Positions 53,990 to 63,010 of a stretch of DNA of 64,000 nucleotides are shown here, piece after piece. The notes beneath the pieces were generated by a model that searched no databases, was not told the origin of the DNA, and saw only the letters and a list, made by a program, of their open reading frames with translations. The stretch lies in the NCBI GenBank assembly GCA_963710105.1, contig CAVPYV010000001.1, positions 1,935,032 to 1,999,031 of the forward strand. Reading direction: 5' to 3'. The translations under genes were made by a program, and so were the position numbers. Source of the DNA: an uncultured Chloroflexia bacterium. GTDB taxonomy: Bacteria; Chloroflexota; Limnocylindria; Limnocylindrales; CSP1-4. Positions within the stretch are counted from its first letter, which is position 1. Every line of letters starts with the position of its first letter.

Positions 53990-54777
53990 GCGACCGATCC
54001 CGGCTGGCACGACGGACACCAGTAGGTCGTGCGCGGGATCGCGGGATCCAGCGGCGCCGACCGGATGAGCGTGCCGCAACGACGGCACGGCCGGCCGGCC
54101 CGACGATAGACGGCCATCGGCGAGCGTCCCGGTGCGCTGCCGACGCTCGCCCGGAGGAGGCGGCGGGCGGTCTCGATGAGCCGGCGGACCGTCTCGCCGT
54201 CGAGGTCCGCGACACGTGCCCACGGGTCCGCCCGCTCGTGGAACAGGGTCTCGTTCCGCCAGATGTTGCCGATGCCGGCGAGCGCACGCTGGTCGAGGAG
54301 CGCCGCCGAGATCGTCATTCCCGCCCGGGCCGGATCGCGCAGCCGGCGGAGCCCCTCCGCCGCCATGATCGGACCCCAGTCGTCGGCGAGGAGGTCCGGG
54401 CCGAGCCGGGCCAGCGCCGGGTGGATCGCCTCCGCCCGCGTCTCGAACAGCTCGATCACCGGAGCGTCGAAGCAGACCGCGACCGCGCCCGGCACCTCGA
54501 GGACGAGTCGCGCCCGGGCGGCGGGCCGGCGCCAGCGCTCGCCCGGCCGGTAGCGGTGCCACGACCCGGTCATCCGCAGATGGGTCCGCAGCTCGAGCCC
54601 GTTGTCGAAGCGGATCAGGAGGTTCTTGCCGACCGCCTCGACGCTCGTGATCGCCGCGCCGACGACCCGCCGGACCTGCGGCCCATCGATCCGCGCCCGC
54701 GCCGCGGTGACCGTGCGGCCGACGAGATGCGGCGCCAGGCCGCTGGCCGTCCGGTGGAGCGTGTCACCCTCCGGCAT
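53986..54777 (-). CDS. nei: Fpg/Nei family DNA glycosylase (endonuclease VIII-like)
   Basis: N-terminal MPEGDTLHR (catalytic Pro2/Glu3), an H2TH region (LLDQRALAGIGNIWRNE) and a C-terminal zinc finger CRRCG...CPSCQ. Confidence 0.9.
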   Translation of the reverse strand: MPEGDTLHRTASGLAPHLVGRTVTAARARIDGPQVRRVVGAAITSVEAVGKNLLIRFDNGLELRTHLRMTGSWHRYRPGERWRRPAARARLVLEVPGAVAVCFDAPVIELFETRAEAIHPALARLGPDLLADDWGPIMAAEGLRRLRDPARAGMTISAALLDQRALAGIGNIWRNETLFHERADPWARVADLDGETVRRLIETARRLLRASVGSAPGRSPMAVYRRAGRPCRRCGTLIRSAPLDPAIPRTTYWCPSCQPGSVA

Positions 54778-54796
54778 GCCGTTCCCTGCCCCGCGG

Positions 54797-57700
54797 TCAG
54801 CGGAACCGGCCGGCCGCGGCGGACGACGCGACTCGCCCCGCCCCTCGACCAGCAGGGTCGCCGCTCGCCCGGTCGCCGGATCGGCGCAGCACGAGCCCGC
54901 GGTAGCCGGGGACGAAGCCGGCCGCCATGAGCCGCTCTCGGAACGCCGAATCGCCGACCGGCGCGCTGTCGACCTTCGTGATCACGAGCTCGCGGATCCG
55001 GCCATCGTCGACGAGGGCGCCGAGCGCGCGCGCCGCCGCCTCGCCGATCTCCGGATCGTCGGCCGCGGGCAGCACCTGGAGCGAGCCGCCGCCCCGCTCG
55101 AGGTACAGCGCGGCCACGCCGTCGACGAGCACCACCGACGCCCCGGCGGCGCGCTGGAGCGGCCGCCGGTCGTCGTCCCCCCGGCGTGGCCAGGCGATGG
55201 CGGCGCCGTACGGGTTGGCCGGGTCGGCGGCGGCCAGGAGGTGGATCGGGCGGTCCTCGGCACCGCGCCCGGGCTCGCGAACGGACCGCAGCCGCTCGAT
55301 CGCGCCGGCCAGGGCGAACTGGGCGGCGCCGAGGCCGTCGATGAAGTAGCCGCGCCGGATCCGGCCAGCGTCCTCGAGAGCCCGCAGGATCGGGTAGACC
55401 GCCGAGAACCCGCCCTCGACCGCCTCGCCGGCGACCGCCTCCCGGGTCACGATCCCGTGCCGGTCGAGCAGGGCCAGGGCCGTCGCGTGGAGGCGCTCGG
55501 TCGGAGAACCGGCCGGCGGCGGGACGAGGGACCAGCGGCCGGCCGCCTCGGGCGGCCCGAGCGACGTGAGGCGGCCCGGTCGCCGGCTCCGATCGCGGGC
55601 GGTTCGCTTCCAGCGCAGGGCCCGGAGGGGGGCGAACGTGTCGTTCGTGACCTCGCCGGCCCAGACCAGGTCCCAGATCGCGTCGAGGACCTCGCGATCG
55701 GGGCCGCCGCCGGCCGCGCTGAACAGCTCCCGGTAGAACGAGGCGCCACGGGCGGCCAGATGGGCCCGGATCGCCTCGTGGCGCGGCCCGTCCGGCCGCT
55801 CCTCGGCGTCGGCCGGGCCGGACGGCCGGAGCAGGTCCCGACCGGGCCGGACGAGCGCGATCCGGCCGTCGTCGCGGCCGAGGCTCCCCCGCCCCACCCA
55901 GCTGACCTCGCCGAGCGCGCCGAGCTCGTCGAGGAGGCGCGGCTGGTAGCCGGGGACTCGGGCGGGCAGGATGTCGCGCTCGAGGACCGACGCCGGAAGG
56001 GCGACCCCGGCGAGCTGGTCGATCACCTCGGCCAGGCGCTCGAGTGCGGCGCCCTGGCGGAGCGACGGCACGTTCTCGCCGACCGCGGCGACCCCGTGCC
56101 AGGCAGGGAGGAACCGGGCGAACGCGGCGGGATCGACCGGCTCGACCTCGCGCCGGAGGCGGGCCAGCGAGCGGCGCCGGAGCAGCCGCAGGACGTCGGG
56201 GTCGATCCAGTCGCGCTCGGCACCGCCCGGCCGGAACTCGCCGCGCAGGATCGTCCCGGCCGCCAGGAGCCGCTCGAGCGCGTCCCCAACCACCCCCGCC
56301 GGGAGCCCCCAGCGGAGCGCCGGCTCCGGAGTGAGGAACGGGCCATGGGTCCGGGCGTAGCGGGCGAGCAGGCCGTCGAGGGCGCCGACCGCGGGTCCCA
56401 GGAACGCCGCGGGCACCCCGGTCGGCGGCGACACGCCGACGCCGTCGCGGTAGCGGGCCACGTCCTCGATCGCGATCCAGCGATCCGCGCCGGCAATCCG
56501 GGCCGCGACCGCGCGGCGCGAGGCGATCAGCTCGGTCAGCCAGGCATCGCCGGCGGCGGGGCCGCCCTCGCAGCGGGCGGCGATCTCGTCGGCCGACAGG
56601 TCGCCGAGCCGGCGGAGCAGGTCGTGGAGCTGGTCCACGGTCGCGGCCCGGCGGTCCTCCGTCAGCGCCTGCAGGCTCAGCTCCAGGTCGGCCAGGGCGT
56701 CGGGGTCGAGCAACTCGCGCAGCTCCTCCTGGCCGAGCAGCTCGCGGAGGAGGTCGCGGTCGAGCGTCAGCGCGCCGGCCCGCCGCTCGGCCAGCGGGGC
56801 GTCCCCGTCGTACATGTACGCCGCGACATAGTCGAACAGGAGCGAGCTCGCGAAGGGGCTGGCCTTCGGCGTCTCGACGCTGTGGACCGTGATCTCGCGG
56901 CGGGCGATGCCGCCGAGGACGTCGCGCAGCGCGGGCAGGTCGAAGACGTCGGAGAGGACCTCGCGGTACGTCTCGACCAGGATCGGGAAGCTGCCGTAGC
57001 GGGACGCGACCGCCAGCAGGTCGGCCGCCCGCTGGCGCTGCTGCCAGAGCGGGGTTCGGGTCCCCGGCCGGCGGCGCGGCAGGAGGAGGGCGCGCGCGGC
57101 GTTCTCCCGGAAGCGCGAGGCGAAGAGGGCCGAGGAGGCGACCTGGCCGACGACGATGTCCTCGACCTCCTCCGGATCCGGGAACAGGAGCTCCTCGGCG
57201 ATCCCGACGACCTCGTCGCCATCGGGCAGGCGGATCGCGATCCCGTCGTCCGACCAGATCGTGCGGACCTCGCCGGCCAGCCGCTCCCCGAGCCGGGCCT
57301 CGAGGGCGAGCGACCACGGGGCGTGGACCCGGCCGCCGAACGGGGTGAGGATCACCAGGCGCCAGTCGCCGAGCTCGTCGCGGAAGCGCTGGACGACGAT
57401 CCGCCGGTCGGTCGGGACCGCCCCGGCCGCCTCGCGCTCGTCCTCGAGGTAGGCGACGAGGTTCTCGGCGGCCAGCGCGTCGAGGTCGTGGTGCTCGTGG
57501 AGGCGCTCGAGGACGGCGGCCCGGCCGCGGGCGCCCCGGGCAAGGTCCGCCTCGACCTCGCCGACGAACTCGCCGAGCGCCCGGCCGAGCTCGATCGGCC
57601 GCCCGACGGCGTCGCCGTGCCAGAAGGGCAGCTTGCCGGGCACGCCCGGCGCGGGCGAGACGGTCACCCGATCGTGCGAGATCTCCTCGATCCGCCAGCT

Positions 57701-59446
57701 GCTCGCTCCGAGGGTGATCACCTCGCCGGTCCGGCTCTCGTAGACCATCTCCTCATCGAGCTCGCCGACGCGCCGGCCGGGCGTCCCGGCCTCGCCGACC
57801 ATGAACACCCCGAACAGCCCGCGGTCGGGGATCGTCCCGCCGCTCGTGACGGCGACGACCCGCGCGTCGCGGCGGCCGGCGATGACGTCGGTCGCCCGGT
57901 CCCAGGTCAGGCGCGGCTTGAGCTCCGCGAACTCGTCGCTCGGGTACGCCCCGGCGAGCATTCCGAGCACTCCCTCGAGGACCTCCCGGCCGAGATCCTC
58001 GTACGGCGTCGCCCGGGTGATCGTGGCGAGGAGGTCGTCGACCGTCCAGCTGTCCATGACCGTCATCGCGACGATCTGCTGGGCGAGCACGTCGAGCGGG
58101 TTGCGCGGGATCTGGGTCGCCTCGATCGCCCCTTCGTGCATCCGGCGGGCGACGACCGCGGCCTCGAGGAGATCGCCGCGGTACTTCGGGAAGATCACCC
58201 CCTTGCTCGGGGCGCCGACCTGGTGCCCGGCCCGGCCGACCCTCTGAAGGCCACGGGCGACCGACGTCGGGGACTCGACCTGGATGACGAGGTCGACCGC
58301 GCCCATATCGATCCCGAGCTCGAGGCTCGACGTCGCCACGATCGCCGGGCTGCGGCCGGCCTTGAGGTCCTCCTCGATCCGGACGCGCTGCTCGCGGGCG
58401 ACGCTGCCGTGATGGGCCCGGACGAGCTCCTCGCCGGCGAGCTCGTTGAGCCGCTGGGCCAATCGCTCCGACAGCCGCCGGCTGTTGGTGAAGACGATCG
58501 TGCTGCGGTGCTCCCGGATCAGCTCGAGGATCCGGGGGTGGATCGCCGGCCAGATGCTGACCCGCGCCTCGGGCGAGGTCGCGGGGCCGCCCGGCTGCTG
58601 GTCGAGCGGGACGAGCTCGCCGGGCTGGGTCATGTCCTCGATCGGGACGATCACCTGGAGGTCGAGCGCCTTGCGCCCGCCGGCATCGACGACCGTCACC
58701 GCCCGATCCGGCCCGACGCCGCCGAGGAACCGGGCGATCAGCTCGAGCGGCCGCTGGGTCGCGGACAGGCCAATCCTCTGGGGGGCCGCGGCGCCCTCCC
58801 GCTCGGTGACGAGCCGGTCGAGTCGCTCGAGGGTGAGCGCGAGGTGAGCGCCGCGCTTGGACCCGGCGATCGCGTGCACCTCGTCGACGATCACGTGTTC
58901 GACGCCGCGAAGGACCTCGCGGGCCTGGCTCGTGAGCATCAGATAGAGCGATTCGGGGGTCGTGATCAGGATGTCGGGCGGCCGCCGGGCGATGGCCCGG
59001 CGGTCCTCGGCCGGCGTGTCGCCCGTCCGGCTCGCGACGGTGATGTCCGGTGCGGGCTCCCCGAGACGGGCCGCGGCGAGGGCGATCCCGGCAAGCGGCG
59101 CCCGGAGGTTGCGCTCGACGTCATAGGTCAGCGCCTTCAACGGGCTCACGTACACGACCCGGATGCTGCCGGGGTCGGCCCGGGTCGGGGCGGGGCGCGG
59201 CGGCCCCGACGCGAGGCGGTCGAGCGTCCAGAGGAAGGCGGCGAGGGTCTTGCCGCTGCCGGTCGGGGCGTGGATGAGGGTGTGGCGACCGGCGGTGATC
59301 GCCGCCCAGCCCTCGGCCTGGGCCTGGGTCGGCGCGGCGAACGAGCTCTCGAACCAGGCGCGGACCGCAGGCGAGAACGGGGCCAGCGGATCCGGGCTCG
59401 GGTCGCCGGCTGGCCTGTCGCGGGGCGGGCTCGACACGGTGGTCAC
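54797..59446 (-). CDS. lhr: Lhr-type large ATP-dependent helicase
   Basis: PTQAQAEGW, HAPTGSGKTLAAF (motif I), VDEVHA (DEAH), SATQ, and HHGSVAREQR...TSSLELGIDMG. The long C-terminal extension is typical of Lhr. Start set at GTG 59446 (TATACT 10 nt upstream); the ORF-track start 59560 is possible. Confidence 0.9.
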   Translation of the reverse strand: MTTVSSPPRDRPAGDPSPDPLAPFSPAVRAWFESSFAAPTQAQAEGWAAITAGRHTLIHAPTGSGKTLAAFLWTLDRLASGPPRPAPTRADPGSIRVVYVSPLKALTYDVERNLRAPLAGIALAAARLGEPAPDITVASRTGDTPAEDRRAIARRPPDILITTPESLYLMLTSQAREVLRGVEHVIVDEVHAIAGSKRGAHLALTLERLDRLVTEREGAAAPQRIGLSATQRPLELIARFLGGVGPDRAVTVVDAGGRKALDLQVIVPIEDMTQPGELVPLDQQPGGPATSPEARVSIWPAIHPRILELIREHRSTIVFTNSRRLSERLAQRLNELAGEELVRAHHGSVAREQRVRIEEDLKAGRSPAIVATSSLELGIDMGAVDLVIQVESPTSVARGLQRVGRAGHQVGAPSKGVIFPKYRGDLLEAAVVARRMHEGAIEATQIPRNPLDVLAQQIVAMTVMDSWTVDDLLATITRATPYEDLGREVLEGVLGMLAGAYPSDEFAELKPRLTWDRATDVIAGRRDARVVAVTSGGTIPDRGLFGVFMVGEAGTPGRRVGELDEEMVYESRTGEVITLGASSWRIEEISHDRVTVSPAPGVPGKLPFWHGDAVGRPIELGRALGEFVGEVEADLARGARGRAAVLERLHEHHDLDALAAENLVAYLEDEREAAGAVPTDRRIVVQRFRDELGDWRLVILTPFGGRVHAPWSLALEARLGERLAGEVRTIWSDDGIAIRLPDGDEVVGIAEELLFPDPEEVEDIVVGQVASSALFASRFRENAARALLLPRRRPGTRTPLWQQRQRAADLLAVASRYGSFPILVETYREVLSDVFDLPALRDVLGGIARREITVHSVETPKASPFASSLLFDYVAAYMYDGDAPLAERRAGALTLDRDLLRELLGQEELRELLDPDALADLELSLQALTEDRRAATVDQLHDLLRRLGDLSADEIAARCEGGPAAGDAWLTELIASRRAVAARIAGADRWIAIEDVARYRDGVGVSPPTGVPAAFLGPAVGALDGLLARYARTHGPFLTPEPALRWGLPAGVVGDALERLLAAGTILRGEFRPGGAERDWIDPDVLRLLRRRSLARLRREVEPVDPAAFARFLPAWHGVAAVGENVPSLRQGAALERLAEVIDQLAGVALPASVLERDILPARVPGYQPRLLDELGALGEVSWVGRGSLGRDDGRIALVRPGRDLLRPSGPADAEERPDGPRHEAIRAHLAARGASFYRELFSAAGGGPDREVLDAIWDLVWAGEVTNDTFAPLRALRWKRTARDRSRRPGRLTSLGPPEAAGRWSLVPPPAGSPTERLHATALALLDRHGIVTREAVAGEAVEGGFSAVYPILRALEDAGRIRRGYFIDGLGAAQFALAGAIERLRSVREPGRGAEDRPIHLLAAADPANPYGAAIAWPRRGDDDRRPLQRAAGASVVLVDGVAALYLERGGGSLQVLPAADDPEIGEAAARALGALVDDGRIRELVITKVDSAPVGDSAFRERLMAAGFVPGYRGLVLRRSGDRASGDPAGRGAGRVASSAAAGRFR

Positions 59447-59761
59447 GGGACTCGGGAGTATAGGCGCCGCGGCCGAATTCGACCACCTGTTCGAAACCGG
59501 GCGGTGGTCCCGGCCCCCGCATCGATGCTCATCCGCGAACATCGCCAATTGCGCGGTCATTGCGGTGGAGGACTACCCTGCTAGCGTGGGCCAGCGCTGC
59601 CGGGTCCCGGGACGTCGGGCCCAACGGCCCCCCGAGGACGGGCCGATTTGCACATCGAGCATGACCGCTCCCGGACGGACAGTAAAGGCCAGGAGATCAG
59701 ATCCGCTGCATCCCGGCCATGTGGCTGGCGGCGGAGGGATCCGTTGGAGGGCTCGAAAACA

Positions 59762-60532
59762 ATGTCTACCTATCGCCGCTATGTGACCGTGCTGGGCGTG
59801 ATCGCCGCGGTCATCCTCTTCCTGATGGAGAACCCCTGGTTCTCCATCGACGCCGGCAGCGCACTGCGCCTGCCGGCCACGATCGCGTTCTGGGTGCTCT
59901 TCATCGTGATCGTCGTCCTGATGTTCCAGGATCGGAAGAGTGCGGGGAACGAGGAGGTCCAGATCGAGGGCCCGGCGTTCACCCGCTACCTGTTCTCGAA
60001 CCGCGCGGCCGGCCTCTTCTGGCTGCCGATCCGCCTGTTCCTCGGCTTCTCGTGGCTCGAGGCCGGCTGGCACAAGCTCAGCGGCGACGGCTGGATCAAC
60101 AACGGCGGCTCGGCGCTCGCCGGCTACTGGAAGAACGCAGCCACGGTCAGCCCGGACACCGGCAAGGGGCCGATCTCGTTCGAGTGGTATCGCGACTTCA
60201 TCAACTTCCTGCTGAACGGCCATCACGAGGCGTGGTTTGCCTGGCTGATCGCCTTCGGTGAGACGGCGGTCGGGATCGGCCTCCTCGTCGGAGCGCTCGT
60301 CGGCGTCGCGGCCTTCTTCGGGGCCCTGATGAACATGTCCTTCCTCCTCGCCGGCTCGGCGTCGTCCAACCCGGTCCTGTTCACGATGGCGATCGGGCTG
60401 ATGCTCGCCTGGAAGGTCGCCGGCTACTACGGCCTCGACCGCTACCTCCTCCCGATGCTCGGCACCCCGTGGCGTGCCAAGGTCGACACGGGACGGCCCG
60501 GCTACGCTGAGCCGAGTCCAAGTCCGAGCTGA
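59762..60532 (+). CDS. DoxX/DoxD-like family membrane protein
   Basis: WLPIRLFLGFSWLEAGWHKL and AWLIAFGETAVGIGLLVG resemble the DoxX/DoxD pattern. GGAGGG upstream of ATG 59762. Confidence 0.7.
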   Translation: MSTYRRYVTVLGVIAAVILFLMENPWFSIDAGSALRLPATIAFWVLFIVIVVLMFQDRKSAGNEEVQIEGPAFTRYLFSNRAAGLFWLPIRLFLGFSWLEAGWHKLSGDGWINNGGSALAGYWKNAATVSPDTGKGPISFEWYRDFINFLLNGHHEAWFAWLIAFGETAVGIGLLVGALVGVAAFFGALMNMSFLLAGSASSNPVLFTMAIGLMLAWKVAGYYGLDRYLLPMLGTPWRAKVDTGRPGYAEPSPSPS

Positions 60533-60552
60533 CCAGACCATCCCCTTGTCGA

Positions 60553-60577
60553 AGACCCGGGTCCCCCGCCCGGGTCT
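60553..60577. terminator. Hairpin between convergent genes (bidirectional terminator candidate)
   Basis: AGACCCGGG-tcccccg-CCCGGGTCT (9-bp stem) followed by TTCGATT. It lies between the DoxX-like stop (60532) and the deacetylase-GNAT stop (60591). Confidence 0.55.
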
Positions 60578-60590
60578 TTCGATTCGGGGC

Positions 60591-62337
60591 TCAGGGCCGC
60601 GTTGCGACGAACGCGCGCGGATCGAGCCGGGCGACCGGGTCCGGCGCGTCCGCGATCGTGAAGCCCGCGCCATGGAGAAGGCGCCGGGCGACGTGGATCC
60701 GCGTCGCGTGGTCGAGCGGCGCGACGACGTCGCGCTCGGCGACCCCGATTGCCGCCGTCAGCCCGTGGCCCGTGGCGACCTCGGCGACGTGACGCGCGAG
60801 GAGCGCGGTCGCGACGCCACGCCGCCGCCAGTCGGGGGCGACGCCAAGCGCGAGAAGCTGCTCGCCCTGAATGGCTTCAGCCGCGGCGACCGAGATGGCG
60901 AGCCCGACCACCAGGCTTTCGACGACGGCGGCGGTCACCCGGGCGCCGTCGCGGAGCGCCACGGCGACGGTGGCGTGGCCGGCCGCGGGGTCGGCCGGCG
61001 CGACGACCCGCCGGGCGAGCGAGAGCCGGCCCCACGTCGCGGGGTCGAGCGCGGCGAGGATCGTCGGCTCGGAGCCCGGCGAGGGCGCGGGGCCAGCTGA
61101 CGGCTCCGACGCGAGGTCGGCGTCCGGGACGCCGGAACCGTGCCACCAGCCGCGATCCGCGGCGACCCGGAGGAGGAGCGGCACCGCCGTCGCCCGGACC
61201 GCCGCGGCGGTCGCCCGTGACTGGCGCTCGGCGGCCTCCTGGACGCGCGACGCCGGATCGCCGGCATTGGGCGGATCGGTGAACGTCGTCGGCAGGCTCG
61301 GCGTGCCGTAGCGGGCGGCCTCCCCCGCCCAGCGGTCGCGCCACGAGCCGGGCAGCCGGTCGGGCGCCTCGCGATGCGCCGCCGCGAGCCAGACGAGCGA
61401 CCACGACCGCGGCACGACGGCGTACACGCCGTAGCCGCCGCCGCCGGTCGCGAGCCAGCGGCCGCCCGCCTCGCGGTGAGCGACGGAATCGACGAGCCGG
61501 GCGGCCTCGCCCATCGCCGTCGTCGTGTTGCGGAGGTGGGCGAGCGGGTCCCAGGCGTGGCTGTCGGCCCCATGCTGGGACACGATCAGGTCCGGCCCGA
61601 ACGCCGCCGCGACCGCCGGGACGAGCGAGCGGACCGCCTCGAGCCAGGCGCGCTCGCCGGTGTCCGGCTCGAGCGGGACGTTGACGACGGTCCCGGCCGC
61701 CGCGCCCTCGCCGATCTCGTCGGCGAAGCCGGTCCCCGGGAAGAGGTAGCGGCCGCTCTCGTGGAACGACAGCGTGAGGACGCCCGGGTCAGCCGCGTGG
61801 ATCGCCTCGACGCCGTCGCCGTGATGGACGTCGAGATCGACGTACAGGACCCGCCGGCCGGCGCCACGGGCGAGGGCGATCGCAAGGGCGGGATCGTCGT
61901 AGATGCAGAACCCCGACGCGCGCGACGGCATCGCGTGGTGAAGGCCGCCGCCGGGATGGAAGGCGTGCTCGACGTCGCCGCGGAGGATCGCCTCGACGGC
62001 GCGGAGCGATCCGCCCGCGACGGCCGCGGCCGCGTCGTGCATCCCGTGGAAGGGCGGGTCGTCGCCGCCGACGCCGATCCCCGCCTCCGGCTCCATCCAG
62101 CCGTGGTCGAACTCCGAGAAGCGCTTCACGACCTCGAGGTAGTGGCGAGTGTGGCCGAGGAGCAGCTCCGCGTCGGTGGCGGGCTCGGGGGCCAGCCCCG
62201 GCTCCGCGCCGACGGCACCGCAGCAGGTCGATCCCGGGTCCGAACCGGCGGGGCGTCAGCGGGTGGGCGGGCCCGAAGTCGTAGTCGAGCGAGCGCGGGC
62301 CGAAGACGAGGAGCGGCTGATCGGGCATGGATGGCAC
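60591..62337 (-). pseudogene. AcuC-type (HDAC family) deacetylase fused to a C-terminal GNAT-like domain; N-terminal 40 codons are out of frame by one nucleotide
   Basis: Frame 1: (V)PSMPDQPLLVFGPRSLDYDFGPAHPLTPRRFGPGIDLLR. Next frame: AVGAEPGLAPEPATDAELLLGHTRHYLEVVKRFSE...GGLHHAMPSRASGFCIYDD...DLDVHHGDGVE...TGGGGYG. A linker follows, then LLALGVAPDWRRRGVATALLARHV (GNAT motif A). The frame switch is near 62217. Confidence 0.8.
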
Positions 62338-62347
62338 GATAGCCGCG

Positions 62348-62776
62348 ATGGACCGGGTCTACAGCACGCCGCTCCTCGACAAGCTCGGGATCCGGCCGGG
62401 GATGCGGGTCGCGATCGTCGGGAGCCTCGAGGACGAGGACGAGGATCTGCCGGCCGAGGGCTCGTTCCGGGACCGCCTGGCGGAGCGCACGAGCGATGTC
62501 ACCGTCGGGGCCCCGCTTCCCGACAGCGACGTCGTCCTGCTCGCCGCCGACACGATCGCCGCGCTGGCCCGCCTCTCCGCGCTGCGCAGCCGGATCCGTC
62601 CGGCCGGCGCGATCTGGGTCGTGTCGCGGAAGGGGCGGGCGGCGACGCTCCGCGACGTCGAGGTGATCGTGGCGGCCCGCGAGCACGGCCTCGTCGACAA
62701 CAAGGTCGTCGCGTTCTCGGCTCGCCGGACCGCGCTCCGCCTCGTCATCCCGGTGGCCCTCCGGCCGCTGGCCTGA
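62348..62776 (+). CDS. DUF3052 domain protein
   Basis: MDRVYSTPLLDKLGIRPGMRVAIVG...AIWVVSRKG...DNKVVAFS has the layout I associate with DUF3052. ATG 62327 is an alternative start. Confidence 0.7.
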   Translation: MDRVYSTPLLDKLGIRPGMRVAIVGSLEDEDEDLPAEGSFRDRLAERTSDVTVGAPLPDSDVVLLAADTIAALARLSALRSRIRPAGAIWVVSRKGRAATLRDVEVIVAAREHGLVDNKVVAFSARRTALRLVIPVALRPLA

Positions 62777-62782
62777 GGCGAG

Positions 62783-62788
62783 TACCAT
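62783..62788 (+). promoter_or_regulatory. -10-like hexamer TACCAT, 6 nt upstream of the tatA ATG
   Basis: gagTACCATccgcccATG. Confidence 0.35.
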
Positions 62789-62794
62789 CCGCCC

Positions 62795-62965
62795 ATGGGT
62801 TCCGACGTCCTCGTCGTCCTGGTCATCATCCTGATCGTCGCCGTGATCTGGCGCGGGCCGAAGACGCTGCCGCGGATCGGGCAGGCCCTCGGGCGCGGTG
62901 TTCGCGAAGCGCGTTCCGAGGCCGCCAAGCTGCGCGACCGCGAGGACGGCGATCCGCCCGCCTGA
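62795..62965 (+). CDS. tatA: Twin-arginine translocase TatA/E family protein (56 aa; not in the ORF track)
   Basis: Own translation: MGSDVLVVLVIILIVAVIWRGPKTLPRIGQALGRGVREARSEAAKLRDREDGDPPA. This gives an N-terminal TM segment, the hinge G-P-K-x-L-P, and an amphipathic helix. Confidence 0.8.
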   Translation: MGSDVLVVLVIILIVAVIWRGPKTLPRIGQALGRGVREARSEAAKLRDREDGDPPA

Positions 62966-63010
62966 CGTCGTCGGCTCCGCCGGTCGGTTCCGCGCCGTGG
63001 CGCTCCGCCC

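Noticed and set aside
59570-59761. Slightly less GC-rich patch upstream of the DoxX-like gene, considered as a possible sRNA, riboswitch or foreign DNA boundary
   Set aside because: I found no convincing hairpin-plus-U-tract, conserved motif or repeat. The downstream gene has normal GC3-rich codon usage and an ordinary GGAGGG ribosome-binding site.
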